DNA of 64,000 nucleotides, from positions 114,496 to 178,495 of the forward strand of contig JAJVII010000018.1 in NCBI GenBank assembly GCA_022072085.1, read 5' to 3'. Below the pieces are notes generated by a model, which was not told the DNA's origin, searched no databases, and worked only from the letters and a program-made list of their open reading frames with translations. Position numbers and translations under genes: made by a program. Source of the DNA: Phycisphaerae bacterium. GTDB taxonomy: Bacteria; Planctomycetota; Phycisphaerae; JAJVII01. Below are positions 28,796 to 38,464 of this stretch, in pieces (the first letter of the stretch is position 1; every line of letters begins with the position of its first letter).

Positions 28796-29016
28796 TGCGT
28801 ATTCACATTCGGCACGCCCGCCGGCGGCGGACGGCCCTCCCGGCCTCCATCCGGTTAAACCCCCATCGTCAGACAAGGTTGTTCATTCTATGCCCGCGGC
28901 GCGCATATTCCTTCTGCCGCGGGTCAGCGATCGGATATTTCCCTGCAAATCAGCGATGAGCAGTCCGACGTGTCCTGCCCCCTTATTCTACCACGCACAA
29001 CGCGTCCGCCGGCGGA

Positions 29017-29739
29017 CTATTGCCCGGCGTCCGTGTCGCCCCGGCGGTCGGACTCCGATCGGCCCGGGCGGAACTTGAGCTTGAGCCGCAGCCTGAACTT
29101 GCTGCCCGGGAATCGCCGCCGGTGCCAGGCCCGGTAACGGATCACCAGCCAGTAGCCCACGAAGTAGGTCGCCACGGCCAGCACCGCCGAGACGATCAGC
29201 GAGCCCAGCCAGCAGCGCCAGAAGACCTCCAGCAGCAGCCGCCAGACGTGGTGGGCGTAGGCGAACAGATCGGCCCAGAAACCCTGGCCGCCGCGGAAGC
29301 GGCTGAGTCGGCGGAAGCTCTCGTGCGCCGTCGACTTGCCCGGGCCCAGCAGCAGTTCACCGATGCGGAAGTTGAAATAGTAGATCGGTCCCATCGTCAC
29401 CGGGTTGGTGATCCAGACCAGCGGCACTCCGACCACCAGGTTGGCCCGCAGCAGCCAGCACAGCGCCACCGTCAGCACCATCTGGAACGGAATCGTCGGC
29501 GTGAACGTCACGAACATCCCGATCGCCAGGCCCAGGGCGATCCGGTGCGGCGTGTCGTCCACGTGCAGCACCTTGTGCAGCAGGAACCAGCGTGACCAGG
29601 CCAGCCACGTGCCCGGGCGCCAGCCCGTCGGCCTGGGGAACAGAGGCGTGCCGCAGTGGACGCACTGCCGCGCCCCCGGCGGGCTGGGCGTCCGGCACTG
29701 CGGACAGAGGGGTTCGTTCTGTGAGGGCTTATCGGCCAC
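29017..29739 (-). CDS. DUF2062 membrane protein with N-terminal zinc ribbon
   Basis: CPQC..CVHCG; DDTPHRIALGLAIG, WITNPVT. Confidence 0.88.
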   Translation of the reverse strand: MADKPSQNEPLCPQCRTPSPPGARQCVHCGTPLFPRPTGWRPGTWLAWSRWFLLHKVLHVDDTPHRIALGLAIGMFVTFTPTIPFQMVLTVALCWLLRANLVVGVPLVWITNPVTMGPIYYFNFRIGELLLGPGKSTAHESFRRLSRFRGGQGFWADLFAYAHHVWRLLLEVFWRCWLGSLIVSAVLAVATYFVGYWLVIRYRAWHRRRFPGSKFRLRLKLKFRPGRSESDRRGDTDAGQ

Positions 29740-30775
29740 GGGTCTTCAACTGCTCCTCCAGCGTCGCAACGGCCCTCTCGACCGTCACCGCTGCCACCTG
29801 CGAATCGTCGTCGTGCCGGAAATGGTGCCGGGCGTCGTCCACGGCCCGCACGACGCTGTCGGGCCGGCCCCACGGGCCGGTCCGCGCCGGGTCGGTCGGA
29901 CCGAAGATCGCCACCAGCGGGCGGCCCAGCGCCGCGGCGATGTGCATCGGACCGCTGTCGTTGCTGACCACCACCGCCGCCCGCTCCAACAGCGCGATCA
30001 TCACGGCCACGCTGGTCGCACCCGACAGGTCAGCCGGTCCGCACCGCGCCGCCGACCGCACCGCCTCGCACACCGTCCGCTCGCCCGGGGCGCCGATCAG
30101 CACCGACCCGATGCCGTGCCGGTCGGCCAGGTGGTCGGCCAGCGCGGCGAACCGCTCCGCCGGCCAGCGCTTCGAGCCGTAGCTGGCCCCCGGCGCCAAG
30201 GCCGCGAACCGCCCGCCGGCGCCTACCCCCGCCCCGGCCAGCAGTTCCGCCGCTGCTCGGCGCGACTCGTCGCTGATCGGCAGTTCGAACCGCGGCGGCA
30301 CGTGGGCAAAGCCCAGCGAGGCGGCGAACCGGTAGTTCCGCTCCACGGCGTGCCGGGCCTGCCCGTTGGACCCGATGCGGTGATTATAGAACAGCCAGCC
30401 GAACTCCCGCGCCCCGGCCGGTCCGTACCGCCGCCGGGCCAGGCTGACCAGCGAGAAGAACCCGCTGCGGAACAACCCCTGGAGGTCCACGACCAGGTCG
30501 AAGCGGCGCTCGGCCAGCCCCCACAGCCAGCGCACCAGGTCGCGCATCGCCCCCGGCGACCGCCACGCCTGCCCGTAGCGGCGGCGGTCGAAGAGGATCA
30601 CTTCGTCCAGTTCGCGGTGGCCGCGGATCGCGTCGGCGAACGCCGGGCGGATCATCCACGCAATATGCGCCGCCGGATGCACGACGCGCAGCCCGTGCAG
30701 CACCGGCAGCCCGTGAACCACGTCGCCCAGCGCCGACGGCTTGATGATCAGGATGCGTCGGATCGGATCGCTCAC
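29729..30775 (-). CDS. Glycosyltransferase family 9 (LPS heptosyltransferase-like)
   Basis: ILIIKPSALGDVVH, DLQGLFRS, SKRWP, SNDSGPMHIAAA, FGPT. Confidence 0.93.
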   Translation of the reverse strand: MSDPIRRILIIKPSALGDVVHGLPVLHGLRVVHPAAHIAWMIRPAFADAIRGHRELDEVILFDRRRYGQAWRSPGAMRDLVRWLWGLAERRFDLVVDLQGLFRSGFFSLVSLARRRYGPAGAREFGWLFYNHRIGSNGQARHAVERNYRFAASLGFAHVPPRFELPISDESRRAAAELLAGAGVGAGGRFAALAPGASYGSKRWPAERFAALADHLADRHGIGSVLIGAPGERTVCEAVRSAARCGPADLSGATSVAVMIALLERAAVVVSNDSGPMHIAAALGRPLVAIFGPTDPARTGPWGRPDSVVRAVDDARHHFRHDDDSQVAAVTVERAVATLEEQLKTRGR

Positions 30776-30932
30776 GCCTGCCCGTCCCGCAGCGACAACT
30801 GCCGCCAACACCCCCGTATTGCCCGCCAATATACCACATCGGCAATCGGCGTTGAATCACGCGACAGGCCGGGCCCGCCCGCGGACACATCGCGCAGTTG
30901 AATCCCGCCCCGCGACCCGATAGGCTGTTGGC

Positions 30933-32015
30933 ATGAGAATCTCCGTGATCCGCCTTTGCGCCGGAATGCTGTTGCTGGGGCCGGCGTTGACATTGCAGGC
31001 TGCCGATCCGCCCGCGACCACCGCGCCCGACGCGGGCGACTTGTCGACGGCCGAACTGCTCCGGCTGGCCCGCAGCGCCGGCGAGCCGACGAGCGCCCTG
31101 GTCTGGGGCAAGCCGACGACCTGGGATTTCAATGACAAGCTGGATATCAAGGGCTGGACCTCCGATTCGGTCACGATCGCCCGCCGCGCGGACTGCTGGG
31201 AACTGGTCCCGACGGGCCGATTCGTCCTGTGCACCCCGCTGCCCAGGGGCGTCAACGCGGACACGGGCTTCCGCGTCGACGTCTGGCTGCGCTGCTGGAG
31301 CCCGAAGGAGGCGCCCATCCGCGGCGCGGTCTTCGTCGGCCCGGGCGGCAATCCCTTCGACTTCACCGCGGTGACCTACGACTTCGAGATGAACGAGAGC
31401 GGCAAACAGCAGCAGATCAACTGCGGCGTCTCCAACATGGTCAGCAAGCAGGAGGAGCTGAAGTGGGGCCGCCTCGTCCACGTCACCCTCCAGATCGCCG
31501 GGGCCCAGGCCTCGGGCTCGCGCGACGCCTGCGAGCCGCTGCGCGCCACGATCAGCCGCAACGTCGCGGGCAACCCCGCGGGCCTTTCGGTCGGACTGGC
31601 CGGCTGGCTCAAGAAGGTCGAGCTGGTGCGGATGTCGATCCGCTCGCTGGAGCAGGGCAGGACGGCCCCGGCCTCCAAGGCCGACCAGGTCGCCGCCGAC
31701 CGGGCCAGGCTCAAGGAATACCTGCTCGGCCGCGTCTTTCCCGACCTGGACAACCGCAGCTACGACGTGCGGCGGAAGGCGAGCGAACTGCTGGACAAGC
31801 TGGGTCTGGCCGCCGCCGAGGCCGCCGGCGAGGCGCTGAAGTCGGGCAAGGTTTTCGGCCCCGAGGCCCGCACGCGTCTGGAGCAGATCGCCGCGCCGCC
31901 GGACGTCAGGAACGTCGATCTCGACCGGATTCCCGCCCCGGACCTGGCCGAGGCCCCGACGACTCAGCCCGACGAGGACTCGACCCCGACCACCCGCCCT
32001 GCCGCCGACGACTGA
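30933..32015 (+). CDS. Secreted hypothetical protein (beta-sandwich + HEAT-like tail), paralogue 1
   Basis: Signal peptide; motifs shared with 37374 and 38465 genes; DLDNRSYDVRRKASELL. Confidence 0.75.
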   Translation: MRISVIRLCAGMLLLGPALTLQAADPPATTAPDAGDLSTAELLRLARSAGEPTSALVWGKPTTWDFNDKLDIKGWTSDSVTIARRADCWELVPTGRFVLCTPLPRGVNADTGFRVDVWLRCWSPKEAPIRGAVFVGPGGNPFDFTAVTYDFEMNESGKQQQINCGVSNMVSKQEELKWGRLVHVTLQIAGAQASGSRDACEPLRATISRNVAGNPAGLSVGLAGWLKKVELVRMSIRSLEQGRTAPASKADQVAADRARLKEYLLGRVFPDLDNRSYDVRRKASELLDKLGLAAAEAAGEALKSGKVFGPEARTRLEQIAAPPDVRNVDLDRIPAPDLAEAPTTQPDEDSTPTTRPAADD

Positions 32016-32199
32016 CCGCCGCACGACGGGGGCTCGCATGTCGATCTGGAGGAAACTGCGTCAGCCGCCCTGGCTTGGATCAAATGGGCCGGTCGCTTGC
32101 CCCAAAGAAGGAACTCGTGATCCGTCCTCCCGCCTGCCCGCCTTGTCCGTTTTGTATCCATCCGCTACAATGCCCCGGACCCTCCGGGCAGGATCTACA

Positions 32200-33675
32200 A
32201 TGATTCAGGCAGGGAACGCCGACAGATTGCTTATCCAGGTGACGGCCGGCAACGTCCGCAACCACCATATCTCCATAGCAGGACACTACAGCTTCTTTCC
32301 CCGCGACGTTTTCGGCCAGCCGCGCCGATCTGACCCCAAGACCGGCAAGCCAATCTCAATCGCCCTGGCGGGTCTGGACAGGACAATCGAGACGGACATC
32401 GGCACGGATGCAGACGGCAAGCCCCGGCGACAGTTCCGCCGCCGCGCGTGGGTCCGCGAATTCTTTCAGCACCACCATGTCAAGCCGGGCGACCAACTCG
32501 AACTCCGACGCACCGGGGACCGGTGTTATTGCCTGTCGTTGGCTACTCGCAACGGCTCGACTCCGCGCTTCCGCGCCGCCGAGTTCTTCGCTGGCATCGG
32601 CTTGGTCCGCCTGGCCCTTGAAAAGCATGGCTTCGAGGTCGTCTTCGCCAACGACATTGACCCCGATAAGCACGAGATGTACGCCGCCAACTTCCCGGCT
32701 GGTGACTTCTCGCTCGGCGATATTCACAGACTAACCGCCCAGGACATTCCCGACATCGACCTTGCCACAGCGTCCTTTCCATGCAACGACCTGTCCATTG
32801 CAGGTGCGATGAACGGCATCCACGCCGGCCAGTCGAGTGCCTTTTGGGGCCTTGTTCGCCTGCTGGACCACATGGGCGGCCGCCGGCCTCCGCTGCTGCT
32901 GCTGGAGAATGTGCCGGGCTTCCTAATGTCCCACGACGGCCGGGACTTCCACGCCGCGTTGCACGCGTTAAACGAACTCGGCTACGCCTGCGATACGTTC
33001 ATGCTCGACGCCGCCGCGTTCGTGCCGCAGAGCCGATTGCGACTCTTCGTCGTCGGTCAGTTGCACGAGCCGGGCGGCCCCGCGTTCGGTCTTGAGCCCT
33101 CTGCGATCCGGCCGGCGGCGCTCGTCCGCTTCATTCACGCCCACGCAGACATCCGGTGGAACATCCGTCCCCTGGCCACGCCGCCCGTCCGTCGAGCCGA
33201 CCTTGAATCCATCATCGAGGACCTTCCCGCCAACGACCCCGCATGGTGGAACAAGGAGCGCACCAACTACTTCATGGCCCAACTCAGCGACCGCCACGCC
33301 GCCGTCGCCCGAAAGATGATCCGCCAGCCCTTCGTCTCATACGGCACGGCTTTTCGCCGGGTCCGCCACGGCCGATCCATGGCTGAGCTTCGCACCGACG
33401 GCCTGGCCGGCTGCCTTCGCACCCCCCGAGGCGGCAGCGGCCGACAGATTCTTTTCAAGGCCGGCAACGGTCGCCGCCAAGTGCGTCTGCTGACCGCTCG
33501 CGAGTGCGCAAGGTTGCAGGGCGTTCCCGACGATTACAGAATCGGCGGAATTCCGCTGAACCAGGCTCTCTTCGGGTTCGGTGACGCCGTATGCGTTCCC
33601 GTGATATCCTGGATCGCAGAGCACTACTTGAACCCATTGGCTGCGCCCGCAAACTCTTCAACGATCTCTTCCTGA
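32200..33675 (+). CDS. DNA (cytosine-5) methyltransferase with extra N-terminal domain
   Basis: EFFAGIG, SFPCNDLS, ENV, QSRLR, RECARLQG, GDAV; ~120 aa N-terminal extension. Start approximate. Confidence 0.93.
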   Translation: MIQAGNADRLLIQVTAGNVRNHHISIAGHYSFFPRDVFGQPRRSDPKTGKPISIALAGLDRTIETDIGTDADGKPRRQFRRRAWVREFFQHHHVKPGDQLELRRTGDRCYCLSLATRNGSTPRFRAAEFFAGIGLVRLALEKHGFEVVFANDIDPDKHEMYAANFPAGDFSLGDIHRLTAQDIPDIDLATASFPCNDLSIAGAMNGIHAGQSSAFWGLVRLLDHMGGRRPPLLLLENVPGFLMSHDGRDFHAALHALNELGYACDTFMLDAAAFVPQSRLRLFVVGQLHEPGGPAFGLEPSAIRPAALVRFIHAHADIRWNIRPLATPPVRRADLESIIEDLPANDPAWWNKERTNYFMAQLSDRHAAVARKMIRQPFVSYGTAFRRVRHGRSMAELRTDGLAGCLRTPRGGSGRQILFKAGNGRRQVRLLTARECARLQGVPDDYRIGGIPLNQALFGFGDAVCVPVISWIAEHYLNPLAAPANSSTISS

Positions 33676-33690
33676 CCGGGAACGCCAGAC

Positions 33691-34668
33691 ATGACACAGA
33701 TGCCAGAGAACCCCGTAGTTTCCGCCATACTTGACGGGATCAAACCAAACAAGAGCGTAATCTGCGCCGTTCTGGCATTTCTCGAAGCGGTCTTTGAGGA
33801 CATTGAAAGCCCAAAGGGACCATCTTCAATCGACGTTGTTAGGCAACGAGAGGTGAACAGAAATGGGGTAGTCGCGCAAGGCAGGCGTGCGCCAAAGCAC
33901 CTCAAGAGATTCGGGCTTCCTACCGAGAATGTTTCCGGAGATCTTAGTGGGCGAAAGACCCCGTGGGCGGGGAAGCTTGCGCTTGGGGTCGTAGGGCTCC
34001 TTCAGTCTCAGGAGTTTGAATCTGCGGACGTTGCCAAGAAGGAACAGATGCTCTGCACGATATCGGAGCCCTTCCGGTCAATGCTCGGTTCCTCCCTCGG
34101 CCCGATGAGGATTGCCCGGAGCGGGATGTCCGCGGCAGCCGTTGTTGAGGAACTGCTCAAACAAGCCGAGTCGCGGGGGATTGTATCGGCCATCGCCGAA
34201 TTGCTCGTTGGGAGCAAATTGGAGGTTTGCATCGATAGCCGCCATGGTGCGGCAATTGCAGAGCAACACAAGTGGGACAACGGCCACGATGACCCCAATG
34301 CCCTTGGGGATTATCGAATCGAGAACGTCGCCATAGAAGTGACGATGGTAAGAGGCCCTGACGAGTCCCATCGCACAAAGGCAAACAGGATCACTGCGGA
34401 AGGAACTTCGCAGTGCTGGCTAATCGTTCGCAGCGACAAGATCAAAACCTGGCAGGACTACATCGCAAAGGCACCGAGTAAGTATCCGAAGCTGGTCCGC
34501 TGCTTTGGCATCTGCGAGTTCGTCGGGCAGAATGTGGCGGAAACGCGATGGCGTTCCATCGACGATGCCAGCGACCCGCTCCGGGATGTTCTGGAGAAAC
34601 TGAATGAACTAGTGTTTCGGTTGGGGCGCCAGTCCTTGCCTGCCGCACAAGTGCAATTGGTTGATTGA
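33691..34668 (+). CDS. Putative restriction endonuclease, DUF4928-like
   Basis: Between a C5-MTase and vsr; ELLVGSKL and GDYRIENVAIEVT resemble DUF4928/PD-(D/E)xK-type motifs; atypical lower-GC codon use. Confidence 0.6.
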   Translation: MTQMPENPVVSAILDGIKPNKSVICAVLAFLEAVFEDIESPKGPSSIDVVRQREVNRNGVVAQGRRAPKHLKRFGLPTENVSGDLSGRKTPWAGKLALGVVGLLQSQEFESADVAKKEQMLCTISEPFRSMLGSSLGPMRIARSGMSAAAVVEELLKQAESRGIVSAIAELLVGSKLEVCIDSRHGAAIAEQHKWDNGHDDPNALGDYRIENVAIEVTMVRGPDESHRTKANRITAEGTSQCWLIVRSDKIKTWQDYIAKAPSKYPKLVRCFGICEFVGQNVAETRWRSIDDASDPLRDVLEKLNELVFRLGRQSLPAAQVQLVD

Positions 34669-34752
34669 CTGTCTGACCAAACCTCAATTTTGCGCTCCTG
34701 ATTTGGGAGCGCTGCCTCTTTGTGCTATGGTTGGGATCAAGGAGGCAATCAG

Positions 34753-34923
34753 ATGTCAAAGAACAAGAAGAAACTGAAAGCCAAACAGACCCCCCAAAGG
34801 TCGAAGACTTCCACGAAAAGCCAAAGGCGATCTTCTCGTGGGTCTATCCTCGGCATTCCAATCGAGGATGACCTGATTCATCACCGAGTAGGCGGAACGA
34901 CTTTCGCGGACCTGTTGCGGTGA
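34753..34923 (+). CDS. Small basic hypothetical protein (56 aa)
   Basis: AAGGAGG RBS before ATG; MSKNKKKLKAKQ..; stop 3 nt before the vsr start. Confidence 0.55.
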   Translation: MSKNKKKLKAKQTPQRSKTSTKSQRRSSRGSILGIPIEDDLIHHRVGGTTFADLLR

Positions 34924-34926
34924 GTC

Positions 34927-35337
34927 ATGGCCGACGTGTTCACGCCCGAGGAACGGAGCGCGATCATGCGGGCCGTCCGCAGCACCGACACCAAGCCAGA
35001 AATGATCGTTCGCCGGCTGGTTCACTCGATGGGCTATCGATATCGCCTGCATGTCAAGTCCCTGCCCGGCTGTCCCGATCTGGTCTTCCCCAAATACCGG
35101 GCCGTGATCTTCGTCCACGGCTGCTATTGGCATCGCCACAATTGCCGCGAAGGCCGCTCCATGCCCGCGTCCAACACCGACTACTGGCAGGTCAAGTTCG
35201 CCAGGAACCGTCGAAGGGACGCCTGCGTACGCCGCAATCTCAGACGGCTTGGCTGGAAAGTGCTGGTCCTTTGGGAATGCCAGACCAGGAACGCTGCCAC
35301 GCTCAAGGAACGGATTCAACGCCTCTTCGCCTCCTGA
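34927..35337 (+). CDS. vsr: Very short patch repair endonuclease
   Basis: RSAIMRAVRSTDTKPE, LPGCPDLV, FVHGCYWH, LGWKVLVLWEC. Confidence 0.96.
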   Translation: MADVFTPEERSAIMRAVRSTDTKPEMIVRRLVHSMGYRYRLHVKSLPGCPDLVFPKYRAVIFVHGCYWHRHNCREGRSMPASNTDYWQVKFARNRRRDACVRRNLRRLGWKVLVLWECQTRNAATLKERIQRLFAS

Positions 35338-35685
35338 CTCCTGCCAATAGCACGGTTCCCCCGCAGAACGAGCAAAGGGATGGCTGGGGTGCGTCCCTGC
35401 TCAAGTGATTGCCTGCCCCGGCTGGGGCGATTCTCCCGGCTGCTGCCGGTTCGACTGCTCGCCGCAGGCGAGCGGGCGGGGACGCAGAATGAGACGCGAG
35501 CCCTCCGTATATACGCTCGCGGCCGGGGGAAAAAGGGGACTTACGGAAGCCGCGTAAATCGGGCCGATTCCGGCCGGCGGCCCAGGTGTCGGCCCGGCCG
35601 ACGGTTGGCCCGGCGAAAAATTTTCGGAATTTCGGGGGGATTTTCGCAGGCGGGTCAACACGAAGGGGCACAAAGAGGGGGAGAG

Positions 35686-35775
35686 GGGGACCGGTCCCTT
35701 TTTCGCGAAGACGCGAAAAACGGACCAGTCCCCTAAGACGCGAAAAACGGACCAGTCCCCTAAGAGCAGTCCCCT
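35686..35775. repeat. 22-bp-arm palindrome with tandem duplications of its right arm
   Basis: GGGGACCGGTCCCTTTTTCGCG-AAGA-CGCGAAAAACGGACCAGTCCCC; 27-bp unit at 35708-35734 and 35735-35761, partial to 35775. Confidence 0.8.
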
Positions 35776-35781
35776 AAGAGG

Positions 35782-35839
35782 CCCCCTCATCCGGTCCCGG
35801 CTGCGCCGGGACCACCTTCTCCCGCAAGGGGAGAAGGGG
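35782..35839. repeat. REP-like double hairpin element
   Basis: GGTCCCGG-CTGCG-CCGGGACC followed by CCTTCTCCC-GCAA-GGGGAGAAGG. Confidence 0.65.
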
Positions 35840-35848
35840 GCGGAAGGG

Positions 35849-37225
35849 CTACATCAGGGCTTCGTCGGCTGTCACCCGGCGCTGGCCGGCGGGGCGGATT
35901 TCGGGCGGGGGGTCGATAGTCGCGGGCGGCTCGCCGGCGTCGGCGAGTCGGCGGAGCAGGCGCTCGCGCATCACGTCGCAGACGACGCGGTGGCTCTTGA
36001 GGTCGACCAGGTTGCGCAGCTCGTGCGGGTCGGACGCCAGATCGTAGAGATACTGCTCGACGTAGCGTTCGGCGCCGGCGTCGTTGCGCGTGTCGGCGCC
36101 GGGGGCGTCCACGCCGTACTTCCAGCGTTGCGTGCGGACGCATCGGCCGACCTGCGACTCGCTGATCTGGGCGAAGACGTCGGTCGGCCAATCGGGCACG
36201 TCGCGCCCGCCCAGCAACGGCAGGATGCTGCGGCCCTTCATGGCGGGGGGGACTTGCAGGCCGCAGGCGTCCAGCAGCGTCGGCGGCATGTCGAGGAGGC
36301 TGACAAGCTGGCGAAGGCGGCCGCCGCCGTCGAAGCCCGGCCCGGACAGGGCCATCGGGACGCGGATGGAACTGTCGTGGCAGGAGCGTTTATATTCGCC
36401 GTTGCGGGTCTTGAAGTGGCAGCCGTGGTCGCTGGTGAACAGCACTACGGTGTTGCGGCGGAGGTCGAGGCTCTTGAGGGCGTCCAGCACGCGGCCGAAG
36501 GCCTCGTCGAGGCGCTTGACCATGCCCCAGTATCCGCCCAGGTGCTGGTGGGTCGTGCCGCCGAGGGCGGCCAGGTCGGCGGGGGTCCATCGGCCGGTGT
36601 AGCGCTCGCGATAGCCGTCGGGGGCCGGGTAGTCGTCGAGGTGGTTCTGGAAATGCGGCTCGATGAAACTGCTGAACAGGAAGAAGGGGTCGTCGCGGTG
36701 GCGGTCGATGTAGCGGATGACGCAGTCGGCGACGGCATCGACGCGATAGCCGGGCAGGTCGTGCGGGCGGCTTTCGGCGTCGAACATGCGCGTGCGGTAG
36801 GCGTCGGAGGTGAATTCGAGGCAGTTGGCGGCCAGCCAGTCGGCGTAGCCGCCGCGATACTCGGGCGAGACGGCCTCGCCGCCGTCGTCCGGTCCGCCCA
36901 GGTGCCACTTGCCGATGTAGCCCGTGCGGTAGCCGGCGTCGTTGAAGCAGTCGGCGAGGGTGCGGTAGTCTCGCGTGAGGTGGGCCCGGCCGTTGGTGAA
37001 GCAGCCCGTCTGCGTCGCGTAGAGACCCGTCTGGAGGCAGGCGCGGGCCGGTCCGCAGACCGGCTGAGGGGTGAAGGCGCAGGCCGGGAACGTGCCCTCG
37101 GCGGCCATGCGGTCGAGGTTGGGCGTCAGTTCCAGCGGGTTGCCGTGCAACCCCATGCTGTCCCATCGCTGCTGGTCGGTGAAGAAGACTACGACGTTGG
37201 GTCGGTCGCCGGTTGTGCGCGCCAT
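35849..37225 (-). CDS. Sulfatase (Cys-type)
   Basis: RPNVVVFFTDQQR, CGPARACLQTG, IGKWHL, FTSDHG, LYDLASDPHE. Confidence 0.95.
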   Translation of the reverse strand: MARTTGDRPNVVVFFTDQQRWDSMGLHGNPLELTPNLDRMAAEGTFPACAFTPQPVCGPARACLQTGLYATQTGCFTNGRAHLTRDYRTLADCFNDAGYRTGYIGKWHLGGPDDGGEAVSPEYRGGYADWLAANCLEFTSDAYRTRMFDAESRPHDLPGYRVDAVADCVIRYIDRHRDDPFFLFSSFIEPHFQNHLDDYPAPDGYRERYTGRWTPADLAALGGTTHQHLGGYWGMVKRLDEAFGRVLDALKSLDLRRNTVVLFTSDHGCHFKTRNGEYKRSCHDSSIRVPMALSGPGFDGGGRLRQLVSLLDMPPTLLDACGLQVPPAMKGRSILPLLGGRDVPDWPTDVFAQISESQVGRCVRTQRWKYGVDAPGADTRNDAGAERYVEQYLYDLASDPHELRNLVDLKSHRVVCDVMRERLLRRLADAGEPPATIDPPPEIRPAGQRRVTADEALM

Positions 37226-37373
37226 GTGCGTCTCCAGTGCGGGCAGGCCGTGACTATAGCAGAAACGGGCGGTGGTGTCGGGGCGCAAATCGCCTTGCGG
37301 GGCATCAGGCGCGGGCTTACGATCAAGGGGTGTCGGCCCCCGGCCCGTCCGCCGCGATCTGGCACAGGTGACT

Positions 37374-38459
37374 ATGCAGCCGAATCAGCCAACTCCGTCC
37401 CGTCGCGTGACGCTGCTAGTGCTGGTCGCCTGCGTCGCACTGCTGCCGGCGTCGGCGGCGCTGCGGGCAGCCGACGGTCCGACCAGCCGCCCCGACGCCG
37501 ACCCGGCGCTGACGCCCAAAGAGGTCCACACGCTGGAGAAGATGGCGTCGAAGCTGAACCGCTACCGCTGGGCCGACCCGGTGGTCGAGGAGTTCAAGGA
37601 CGCCGGCGCCGCGAAGCAGTGGACGGCCGCCATGGGCGGCAAAGTCGGCGTGGCCAACGGCGAACTGGTCGTCGCGCCGGGCAACGCGAACGGCCTGGTG
37701 ACCGCCGACCACACGATTCCCAAGGGCCTGACTGACGACGCGACCGGGCTGCGGATCGACGTGGACCTGAAGGTCAGCGGGTTGAACAACGTGCCCCAGG
37801 CGGGGATCTACCTCTCCAGCCCCGGGGCCCAGTTCTACCAGTGGGACTACATCTACTTCTTCGCGTTCATGCAGAACGGACGGAATCAGCGGCTCCAGGC
37901 GATCGGCCAGGGCGGCCCGCTGACCCAGTCCGACGAGATGAAGAACAACCAGCTCGTCCGCGTCACGATGGCCGTGACGGGCAACCGCCTGCACGGGCAG
38001 CGCGACGGAAAGAATGATCAGGAGCTGGCGTCGGTGCCGGCACTGCAGGTCGGCCGGGAGATGCGGATGGGGCTGACGGCGCGCGGCGTAACGATCCGCG
38101 TCCAGCGGATCACCTACCGCCGGCTCGTGCCGGTGCACGACCCCGGCCGGCCGGACCCGGCGCTGTGGCGGGACGCGCCCCTCCCCAGCCAGGAAGCTCT
38201 GGACGAGTATCTCCGCCGCCGGGTGATTCCGGCGCTGTCGGCCGGGTCGTGGCAGGAACGTCACGACGCGACCGAGATGCTGCTGGCCCTGATGCCGCTC
38301 TCCCAGCAGGCCGTCGTGGACGCCCTGAAGCGGGGCAACGACCCCGAGGGCGAGGCCCGCCTGGAGATGGTCCGCTTGAACCTCGCCGTGAAAGTCGAAA
38401 AGCTGGACGCTGCCGAGGACACGCCGCCCAAGGCCCCGACGACTCAGCCCAAGGGGTAG
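37374..38459 (+). CDS. Secreted hypothetical protein, paralogue 2
   Basis: Signal peptide; LRIDVDL, WDYIYFF, NGRNQRL, LVRVTM, WQERHDATEML. Confidence 0.75.
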   Translation: MQPNQPTPSRRVTLLVLVACVALLPASAALRAADGPTSRPDADPALTPKEVHTLEKMASKLNRYRWADPVVEEFKDAGAAKQWTAAMGGKVGVANGELVVAPGNANGLVTADHTIPKGLTDDATGLRIDVDLKVSGLNNVPQAGIYLSSPGAQFYQWDYIYFFAFMQNGRNQRLQAIGQGGPLTQSDEMKNNQLVRVTMAVTGNRLHGQRDGKNDQELASVPALQVGREMRMGLTARGVTIRVQRITYRRLVPVHDPGRPDPALWRDAPLPSQEALDEYLRRRVIPALSAGSWQERHDATEMLLALMPLSQQAVVDALKRGNDPEGEARLEMVRLNLAVKVEKLDAAEDTPPKAPTTQPKG

Positions 38460-38464
38460 GCACC

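Noticed and set aside
35708-35775. 27-bp direct repeats as a CRISPR array
   Set aside because: Contiguous copies without spacers, and no cas genes.
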